Assembly (NCBI GenBank): GCA_918797485.1
Contig: CAKKNE010000004.1
Coordinates: 4,588,001-4,652,000 of the forward strand
Length of the DNA stretch: 64,000 nt
Reading direction: 5' to 3'
Origin: Pelagomonas calceolata
Lineage: Eukaryota
Numbering within the stretch: position 1 is the first letter of the stretch; each line of letters opens with the position of its first letter. This document shows, piece by piece, positions 20,414-29,900 of the stretch. The position numbers and the translations under genes were made by a program. The notes under the pieces are model-generated. The model saw only the letters and a list, made by a program, of their open reading frames with translations, made no database searches and was not told the DNA's origin.

Positions 20414-21472
20414 ATGGGCTGCTCCGCGTCCGCCGAGGCGGCTCCTGATCTCCCGCCGCCCCCGGCAGGAACCAATGTTGGAGACGGCACGAAGGTCCTG
20501 CTGGCGTGCATGACGCAACATTGGAGACGACGCAGGGACAACTGGCTCGGCTTCGACGAAAGCAACTGCATGCGCGCGATGAAGATTCGCGAGCGCGCCG
20601 TCGCGTTCACGCTGCACGCGGTGAACGCGCGGCAGCAGCACACCTACACGCTCGAGAGCGAGGGCGGCTGGCTCGGGCGAGTGGATAGCGAGAGCATACA
20701 AATGATGGCCAACCAGCCGCGGGAGCGCGCCGCGCGCGTGCGCGTCAACCTGCGGCGCTTCCGGCAGACGGGGCGGGTGACGCTCCTGTGCGTCGACAAC
20801 AATAGGTACATTTCCCACCGGAACCATGGCTGGATGGTCGCCGACTACGGCAACGCCGAGACCGCCGGGAAGCGCATCGACTACTACATGGCGGTTGTTT
20901 CCGGCCGAGGCGCGGCCCGGCTCGTGCCCCCGGGCCACGTCTCGGGCGCCGAGGCCGCGCGGATGGCGGCGCGGGCGCCGCCGGCGCCGGCGCCGCAGCG
21001 GCCGAGCGCCCGGCCGCCGCAGCCGCAGCCGCGGCGCGCGCGCGCCGAGGACTACGACGAGTTCATGGCCTTCACGGGCGTCGACCGCGCGACGGCGGAG
21101 CGCTTCGTCGACGGCGCGCTCGGCCGCGGCCTGAGCCTCCGCGACGCGATCCGCGCCTTCTTCGAGGGCCAGGGCTCGCCGAAGCCGCCGCCGCCGCCGC
21201 CGCTCGAGGTCTCGTTCCGCACGAACGGCGGCCAGACCTTTTCCGCGGGCGACCTCGGGGCCGAGGTCACGGAGGCGAGCGCCGTCGGGGAGCTGCGGGC
21301 GCTCGTGGCGAAGCACTACGACAGCGAGCCGAAGCGCATCCGGCTCGTGAGCCGCGGGAATATTCTGCGCGACGACGCGCAGACGCTGGGCGCCGCGGGC
21401 GTCCGCCCGAAGGACAAGCTCATGGTCGTCGTCATGAAGGGCGCGACGCGGTTCTCCAAAGGGCGGAAGTGA
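20414..21472 (+). CDS. Putatively N-acylated protein with UBA-like and C-terminal ubiquitin-like domains
   Basis: MGCSAS (myristoylation/palmitoylation-type); DEFMAFTGVDRATAERFV...LRDAIRAFF (UBA-like); IRLVSRGNILRDDAQTLGAAGV (UBL). Confidence 0.78.
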   Translation: MGCSASAEAAPDLPPPPAGTNVGDGTKVLLACMTQHWRRRRDNWLGFDESNCMRAMKIRERAVAFTLHAVNARQQHTYTLESEGGWLGRVDSESIQMMANQPRERAARVRVNLRRFRQTGRVTLLCVDNNRYISHRNHGWMVADYGNAETAGKRIDYYMAVVSGRGAARLVPPGHVSGAEAARMAARAPPAPAPQRPSARPPQPQPRRARAEDYDEFMAFTGVDRATAERFVDGALGRGLSLRDAIRAFFEGQGSPKPPPPPPLEVSFRTNGGQTFSAGDLGAEVTEASAVGELRALVAKHYDSEPKRIRLVSRGNILRDDAQTLGAAGVRPKDKLMVVVMKGATRFSKGRK

Positions 21473-21517
21473 CGTAATTCTATAAGGTATATTTGTTGCG
21501 ATCCTCATGTTACGGTG

Positions 21518-23533
21518 CTAGACGGGCCCCGCGAGGCGACCACACCGCCCCGATACCAGGTCGCCGAGGTCGCGCGCGAGCTCCCCCGCGGCCGGCCTCT
21601 TCTCCCAGCGCGGGTCCAGCATCGCCGCCAGCAACGCCCGTTCCCGCGCCGCCGGCAGCGCTTTTTCCCGCGCCTGCCTGGCGAGGAGCCGGCACTGCGC
21701 GGCGGGATTTCGTATCGCCGGGGGCGCCGCGCGGAGGAGCCCGCCGAAGCTCGTCGCGTTCCAGGCTTTGATCGGTACGGCCGTCGTGTCGCGACCGCCG
21801 AGCCGTTTTCTCGTGGCGCCGTACTCTTCATTTAACCGCAGCAACCACTCGCGAAGAGCTCTTCGATCTCCCCAATCGCCACCGCACCGCAAGAGCAGGA
21901 ACACGAACCCGGCGCTCCAGACGTCGCTCGCCGGCGTCTTCCGCACGTGGCCCGCCTCGGGTGCTAGCACTCGCGAGCCCGCCACGTGCGGACACCGTCC
22001 CGCGCCGACGACGCACGCCCGCCCAAAGTCCGAGATTTTCCACCGCATGGCCGGCCCCGCGCCCGCGAACAGCAGATTGCCGGCGTGGACGTCCTGGTTG
22101 ACGATGCCGGCGGCGTGCGCCGCCGCCAGGCCCCGCAGCAGGTCGTGCGCCGCGCGCAGCGCAAAGCACGACCGGTAGCGGCGGCGCGGCACGTACTGGC
22201 GGAGCGGGCCGGTGTCGTTCGCGACGAGGAGCTGCAGCAGATTGCCGTCCATTTTTCCGTAGGCGGCGACGCGGTCGCGCGCGCCGCGGCGAAAGCACGC
22301 CTCCGCCGTCAGCACGTGCTCGCCGGAGACGTTCAGCAGCGCCGGCAGGAGGTCGCCGGCCAGATGATCCGCGAAGGTCGCGCCCGCCTTCAGGACCACG
22401 CGTCGCCGCGTGCGCGTGTCCGTGGCGGCGTCGACGGTCAAGACGACGCCCGTGCGGGGCCCCAGGGGCGACAACCGCGCGCGATCGACGAAGCGCGCCT
22501 CGTCGAAGGGCGCGTCGCAGAAGCGGTCGAGGCGCTCGTCGCTTGCGACGGCGGCGGCCAGGAGTGTGCGCCGCACGCGATGCGACGCGGCGGCAAGGTC
22601 GAGGACCTCGACGCGCGCGCCCGGCCCGCGGGCGCGGAGGACGAGCGCCGCGCGGTGCGGGCGCGCGACGATCACGTCGCCGCGCACGACGACGGGCCGC
22701 CGTCTTACGACGCCGTCGCAGCCGCACGCATCGTCCACGTAACTCGCGTTAACGACGGCCGCGGCGAGCAGGCCGAACGCGCGGGGCGTCGTGGCGTCCT
22801 CGACCGCGCCCGCTTCGACCGCTTTGCGGAAGGAGTCCTCGTACGCGTCAGCGCCGCGGGCGGCCGGGGACGAGCCGAGGGGCACGGGCGCGGCGCAGCG
22901 CGGCGCGTGGGCGGGGCACGGCACGCGCAGCGAGCCGACGTTCACGACCGCGGCGCGCCCGGCCGCGAACCACGGTGCGCCGGCCGGGAGCGCGTAGGAG
23001 GCCCGCGGGGGCTGCCCCGTCATGTTCAGCACGTCGTCGGCGTCCTCCGCGTCGTCCGTGACGTGTACGATGAAGTTCGCGCCGCAGCGCGCGAGGTCCT
23101 TCGACACAGGCGGGTCGTACCGCGACCGGAGCGCATGCTTGACGGCGTGCATGGACGTCGAGCCGGCGGGGGCGTAGGCGGTGAGCACGTACGCCTTGCG
23201 GTAGTCGAGCGCTTCCAGGTGCGCAGCTTTGACGCGCATGCACTCCACGAATTTTCCCGGATTCGTGTTGGGCAGCTTTCGGTACACGCGCCGGGCGAAC
23301 TCGGTCACGTTGCGCATCGCGAAGGGCTCGACGCGCAGCACGTGGACGCCCGCGCCGCGGAAGGCGTCCAGCGCGGCCTCGACGTGCCGCATGCCGTGCT
23401 GCCAAATGATGGACGCGTGCCAGAGGCCGCGGGCCCTGCGGCAGGGCCGCGATCCGGCACTCCATTCGGGCGGGAACGCGGGCGCGAGCGGCTGCGCGGC
23501 GGCGAGGCAGGCGAGCGCCGCGATCCGGCGCAT
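21518..23533 (-). CDS. Signal-peptide protein with C-terminal protein kinase-like domain
   Basis: MRRIAALACLAAAQP signal; VVLKA, IVNQDVHAGNLL, KISDFG, LAPE, SDVWSAG, AMLDPRWEKRP kinase subdomains. Confidence 0.8.
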   Translation of the reverse strand: MRRIAALACLAAAQPLAPAFPPEWSAGSRPCRRARGLWHASIIWQHGMRHVEAALDAFRGAGVHVLRVEPFAMRNVTEFARRVYRKLPNTNPGKFVECMRVKAAHLEALDYRKAYVLTAYAPAGSTSMHAVKHALRSRYDPPVSKDLARCGANFIVHVTDDAEDADDVLNMTGQPPRASYALPAGAPWFAAGRAAVVNVGSLRVPCPAHAPRCAAPVPLGSSPAARGADAYEDSFRKAVEAGAVEDATTPRAFGLLAAAVVNASYVDDACGCDGVVRRRPVVVRGDVIVARPHRAALVLRARGPGARVEVLDLAAASHRVRRTLLAAAVASDERLDRFCDAPFDEARFVDRARLSPLGPRTGVVLTVDAATDTRTRRRVVLKAGATFADHLAGDLLPALLNVSGEHVLTAEACFRRGARDRVAAYGKMDGNLLQLLVANDTGPLRQYVPRRRYRSCFALRAAHDLLRGLAAAHAAGIVNQDVHAGNLLFAGAGPAMRWKISDFGRACVVGAGRCPHVAGSRVLAPEAGHVRKTPASDVWSAGFVFLLLRCGGDWGDRRALREWLLRLNEEYGATRKRLGGRDTTAVPIKAWNATSFGGLLRAAPPAIRNPAAQCRLLARQAREKALPAARERALLAAMLDPRWEKRPAAGELARDLGDLVSGRCGRLAGPV

Positions 23534-23715
23534 CCGCACTCACGCCGAGTTCCGGGCCGCGTCGACACACTCTGCAGAGCCTCTGCAGAGCCTCTCAGGC
23601 ATTCTCTCAATCATGCATTCGCACGACGCGATGCGCATGCGAAGGCTGCCCAGTTCGACGGCATCGCACAGGCTGCCCGGCAGAGCACGGCTGCTCTCGG
23701 AGGGGAACGCGCGTC

Positions 23716-23739
23716 GCCAGCGGCCGGTAAGACACTAGT
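23716..23739 (-). promoter_or_regulatory. 24-bp motif copy
   Basis: Reverse complement ACTAGTGTCTTACCGGCCGCTGGC between divergent genes. Confidence 0.5.
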
Positions 23740-23998
23740 TGGCGCTCTCCTTGGGGCTTTGAGGGGCAGCAAGTCTCGTTTTTTGCAACCGCTAGGCGAG
23801 GGGGGCTATAACAACATACATACTAGCATGAGATTTGAAGACACGCCTGGCATGGGCAGGGAGGGAAAGCTTATGCTAAGGACTAGGCATTGCAGCACTG
23901 AGAATTGTGCCTTGCGACGTCTGCTCGCTGCCCGGGCAGCGAGCGACAGCGTGCCGGCTGAATCAATCAACTAGTGAGCCAGGACCTGCCAAACCCTT

Positions 23999-26900
23999 AT
24001 GGCGCAGCACGACGGAGGGGGCAGCGTGAAAGCCATCGTGAAAGCGGAGCCCGTTGGAGGGCTCTCGTCCCTGCTGCTGGACGAGGCGATGGCTGCCGAG
24101 GCGCCCTACCCTTGCGGCCGCTGCGGAGCGTTCCACGGCAACGAGAGCGGCTACTGCTCGGCCTGCTCCGCCGGCTGGTTCAACTATTCCCTCGTCGCGA
24201 AGACCGGTCGGCTCCAGCGGCGATCGTACCTCGCGCTCGTGACGCTCGTGATGAGCTACTTCGAGACCAGCGACCGGCTCGTACTCTCGGTGTTCGTCGG
24301 CTCGACGGGGCTCATCGTGTTCTTCTGGTTCCTCACCAAGAGTATCGCCACCGCGGCGCCGGCCTGGATCGCCGCGCTCGTGCTCTACGTCGTCGCGGTG
24401 CTCTACTTGATCCCGACGATCCGCGGCACCGTGGTCACGATCGAGGACGTCGACAAGATCAGCGCGCTATTCGACGCGGCCACCAAAACGTGCCTCGATG
24501 GTGTGGCGGAAACTGACGCGGGGCCGGAGCCTCACAAATGTGAAGGCGAACAACTTGTGCAGCCGACTTCCGAGCTGCGGCGCCTCTACGTCCTGGCGCG
24601 CGCGCGGCTCGCGGGCTTCGAGGTGGAAGTCGTCGAGTGCCTGGCGCGCGCGGACCGCGAGCCGACGGAGCCGCGCGAGACCAAGGCGGCGCAGCTCAAA
24701 CAATTGTTCCGCGCGCGGGAGAAGGTCGCCGTGGATTACGGCGGCAGAGGGGAGCGCCTGCGCGACGTGTTGCGGGCTTCGATCGTGTGCGAGACGGTGG
24801 GCGAGTTACAGACGCTCGGGGACGCGCTGAGGGCTCTCGAAGCGGCCGGAACCGTGCGCGTGCTGCAGATAAAGAACCGGTTTCGGGGGCATCCGACGCC
24901 GTCGGGGTATCGCGACGTCAACGTCAGCCTCCTCTACCACGGCTTCATCGCCGAGCTGCAGATTCACCTCCGGGCGATCATGTCCATCGCGGAAAGGCAG
25001 CACGTCGCCTATGAGTACGCTCGAGAGATGGACTTGATGGGCGTGCTCGAGAAGCCGGTCGAAGACACAAACTGCATGGCCTCGGTGCGCCGCCAGGGCA
25101 TCACCTACCTCGTCGCGAGGATGGTGCCCGCGACGCTGAGCGTCGTGATCGGCTGGCTCTACGTCGACGCCTTCTGCCTCAGGGGCGCCAATCTCATCGT
25201 CAAGCGGGCGGATCTGTTACCGACGCGCAAATCCAGTCCACCCTACGTCTTGCTGCGAGTGTACGGCCTCATCTTGGCCGCGCCGTACTGGGCGAACGCC
25301 TTTCTACTGTGTCGCGCCGCCGGTTTCTTTGGCGAAAAGGCGCGGCAGCAGCGGCACGAGAAGACGCGCGTCGCGATGCTCTACGAGCGCTACTTTGGCT
25401 ACGACGGCACGCTGTTTGTCTGGAAGATCTTCTGCTTCCAAATCTGCGAGGTGGCCCTGCAGTCCTTCGGGAAACTACCGCTATTCCTCATTTGGTCGTC
25501 GCCCTTCGACTGCCTGCGTGCGACCTGTAGAAATAGGATAAAATCGAAAAGCTTCGGGAAGGCCATGAGCGAGGGCCGGAGCGCCTCCTTCCTACACGCG
25601 TTCGTGATATTTTTCTTCGCGGCGCTCCTGGTCAACGTCCTCTATCCGACCTTCCTTCTGCGGACGCGGCACGTCTTCTATCAGCGGAACTTCTCCTTTA
25701 TTGCTGACACGGTGCTCGACGTCATATACGCCCTCGTGCCCTTTATTTTTCTCGGGCTCGGAGTGCGCTCCCAGCCGATGATCATCCCCCACGACCCAAT
25801 AGAATACACTTCCAACCTGTTTCCCATGCTTCACGCTCATTTTGTGATATCAGTCCTGGAGAGAGCGGCGGAAGAGCGGCGGGCGCTGCGAAAAGAAGCC
25901 GTCGTGACGGCGTCGGGCGTGTCGGATAAGTTGAGTGGCGGTGACGATGAGGAAGGCGCGACCGCGGCGCCGGGCGCGGCCGGCGACGGGGCCGTATCAA
26001 CCAGCAAATACGCGCCGCAGCTGTATGTGGCGCTCGTCGTCGCATGCGTCGCCTCGTGGTGCGTCGCTTTCTGCGCGATTGGCCTCGAGCTGCAGATCAC
26101 TACTACCGCGTTCTTCTTTGTGACAAGTCTAGCGCTTCCACTGGCCGCGCGCGCCGCCGGGCGGCCGTCGTTCTCGACGTGGATGCCGGCGCTCGGCCTC
26201 GGTCCGGTTTACATAGCGATATTCTGGGCCCGCGCCAGCCCCGTGTTCTTGTGCTGGGCTCTCGTCGCGCACGGAGCCCTAGTCCTTTTCTCGGCGCCGG
26301 AGACGGATACTGGGCCGCAAACGCGCGCGTCCATGGCGGCCGGGCAGGGCCGCCTGCCGCGCTGGGGCGCTGCCGCGTACTTTCTCATTACGGCCGGAAG
26401 CGTCGTCACCGCGACAATGCTCTACCTTTCCGGTAACGCTGTATACTCGACGTGTCAGCCGTGTGAATGCGATGCGAAAGGCGTCCTCCTCAATTGCGAC
26501 GTGTTCGCCGAGGCGGAGTCGTTGACGTTGGTGAAAGGACTGAACGTGAATGCGTTCGTCAAAGAACTCTACCTTACTAACAAGGGCATCACCGAAATCC
26601 GCCCGGGCGCGTTCAAAGGGCTCCCGAACCTTGAAAAGCTCGTTCTGAAGAACAATAAGATCGACGGACTCGAGCCTCGGACCTTCGAGGGCCTCCACTC
26701 GATCCATCGCATCGAGCTCCAGCGAAACGACATCACATCAAAAGCAAAAGTAAAGTGCGGCGCGCTCGACGGTGCCCGCCGCGACGATGCTGGCATCAAC
26801 GTGAGGGTTGACCGAGACGAACTCTTCTGCAGCGAATATCGACACATCTCCCACATCACGCCGTGTTCGTGCTATGACATCCCGGACCAATGCACAACGG

Positions 26901-29900
26901 CCACCCAGGAACAGCTGGATTCGTACTACGTCCCCAAGCTTTCCGATGATTCGTTCATCGCGCTCTCGTGGAGAGATGCGGAGCGGTACTGCGAGAGCCC
27001 GTGGGTGATGGCGTCCGGCAGCGCGCACCTAGTGACCATTAGATCTGAGGCGGACCTGGACGCGATGAACGAACTCATGGGGTGTCGAGACTTCTGGATT
27101 GGCTACGACAGGCAGGGAAATGACACGTCCTGGAAGTGGACCTCCGGCGACGCGAGCACGTTCGAGGAGTGGGGCGGACGCGGGCCGGGCGCCTCTCGGG
27201 GCGGTTTCGATTGCGCCACCCAGTCCAACCTCGGGGAATGGTACCCCATGTTGTGCGAGCTACCAGTCCGGTATCCCTTCGTCTGCGAGCTGGCCGAGGG
27301 CTCCGCCTGGACGTGGCCTACGGCAGCGCCGACAACGATCGCGCCCTCTGTTTCGCCAAAGCCGACCATGGACCTGGACCTGCCCCTAGCTCTGGCAATC
27401 GATGGCACGAAAGACACTTTCTACTACGATGCGCCGCTCTGGACAAACGATGAGCTTTTGGACGAGGGCGGAGAGTCGAAGACAGACGAATTCTTCACGC
27501 CCTCGACCACGTTTACGGTCGTGATGCGGACGGGGTCTGAGGATAGGACGCTTATCATCGAGCTCAGTCACCCGAAGAGCCTGAAAGAATTATTTAGCGG
27601 TGGCTACACGAAAACGTCGGCCAGTTTAGACGAGTGGCGCGGCCTCGTGCCGAACGCGGGGTACCAAGAAAACTGCAACCACCAGGGCTTCAACGTGGCC
27701 GCGGACAACTGCTATGTTGACGACTTTTCGGACTGGAAGTGTAGACTGCGCCTCGGGATCTGGTTCAACGAGCAAAACGACTGTCGGTCATCAGATAGCT
27801 TCGTAGGCCTCGGCGCGACCGAGTGGTCGTCGGGGTCGGTCTGCGAAGAGGCGGACGAGGGCCAATGCCTCAACGTGCCTTCGTTTACGCGCATCTATGT
27901 AGGCGGTGTAACGGCACCGCCGACCTTCTCGCCAGAGCCGTCCCGAGCCCCGACCACCGCCGTTCCGACGTCGTCGCTGGCCCCGACGTCGTCACTTCCT
28001 GTCCCGACTATCGCGTGCGGAGAGACTCGGACTGGTTCCACGGTCAACGAAGCGCATTGGCTGTCAGGCAACGACGCGCCCGACCACTTCTATTTGATCA
28101 CGCCTTCCGAGACTGCGTACTATCACTTCTCGACCTGCGGATCGAGTTTTGACACGACGCTATACCTATATCATGTGCAGAATTCCAGTAGCTTTGACAG
28201 CTGCCTCCGGGAACCGGCACCGCACGCGGGCTTTGTGGAGAATATCGAGAAGAATATGGACGATGAAGGATGGCAAAACTGCGTCTTCAAAATGCCAAGT
28301 TCGTCTAGGGATGACCTTGAGGATTTCTGGACCAAGCAGGAGTTAGAGGCCGGCGAGACGTATGTACTGCAGGTCACCGGACATGCGGACCAAGAGTGCT
28401 GGGAGGACAACGAGCGCGATGCGTCGGCCGCCGGGGATTACGTCCTGTCGGTCGAGTGCGCCGATGAACCCGTCGACACTTGGTGTCTCGGTTTTGAGTG
28501 GTGCACGGATAAACAATTAGGGGAGGACGGAACTGGATTTTGCAACGAGGTGCGAAATGACTTGGACGGCTACTGCGTGACCGACGCGGACTGTGAGGCA
28601 AAATCGAGCTGCTACGCGGACTGCGCGGCTACACCGGGCTGCGACCAGCCTTTCCTTATGTGTGACGAGGGCGTCTGCCACTCATACATTTTAGACGAAC
28701 GGTGCGACGGTCAAGATGACGACTTTGACCTAGGTGATGGTTATTCGTGTTGGTCGGATGATGAGGGCACCGGTTGGCGCGAGGCCCATTGCTCCATGTT
28801 TGCGCGGATGGATCCTCCAGATTACTCCTCCCTGGACCTAGCCTTCCGGGCAAGAGATTGCTATGAGTACACGGAGGGCCCGCAGGTGGAGTACCGGACA
28901 ACAATGTTCCTGCCTGCTATCACACCCCAGGACTGCCTCGATCAGTGCGCGGACGAGGAGTGGTCAACGGCCGCCATCATATCGGCCGACGGCAGTCTTT
29001 GCGAATGCGTCGGCGGAGAAGTGCTAAAGTGTTATCTCCGGGCAGCTGGCACGCCAGATACGAGTACGATTGACGCGCTCGCTGGAAAAAAACGTGTGTG
29101 TCACACGAGAGACGTTGACCTCGGCGGCGCCGAGTACAAAGACGTTTGTAGCTACGACTACCCGTGCGAGGGCAGGTGTCATAGCAGCTACACTACGATG
29201 CAGTGCGACGGAAACGGACATATCTGGCAGGGGGAACAGTGCGACTCCTGCGACTCCTCAGGCTGTGAGCCATACGACCTGACGGCGCAGTGGGGAGGCT
29301 GGGTGGTATGTGATCCGGCCACAAATGCGTGGGGCTTTGACAATGATTTCAACGGTGTGCTCGACTGGGTGTCCGGTTATATTATGCCATGCTCGTATGA
29401 TGAATGGTGCGAACGGGCGGAATGCGAGCCCTCTGGCGACGTCACTTCCTCTCCTAGCGGCACGACGAACCGCGGCACCGGGAACGGGTATTGCTCCGGC
29501 GGCCTGGAAGAATGGATGGGCTGCGCCAAATCGCCGGCGGATTGCTGGGAACTGTGCGTGAGCGACCACCTCGACGACCTCGTGGCCATCAACTGGGAGA
29601 AGGACGACGACTCGTGCTACTGCCAGACCGGCTGCCAGTGCATGAAGGACATCGGCGACGACGAACTCTACCTCATCACGCGCGACTCGGCGGTCGCGCA
29701 GCTGCCGGATATGTGCGACGACGACGACGACGACGACGACGAGGAATGTTACATCGAGACGTCCGACGACCTCAGCTCCTCTCCGAGCGGCACCACGAAC
29801 CACGGCGCCGGGAATGGATGGTGCTACAGCGAACTGGACGACTTATTGGGCTGCGCGGCGTCGCCGGGCGATTGCTTTAGTATGTGTGAGGACTCTTTCG

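Noticed and set aside
21986..23974. 662-aa + strand ORF and many other long antisense or alternate-frame ORFs (e.g. 3788-4702, 20408-21508, 31950-32942, 45022-46107, 63192-63989)
   Set aside because: Shadow ORFs expected in very GC-rich DNA. They are R/A/G/P-dominated and overlap genes with clear motifs on the opposite strand.
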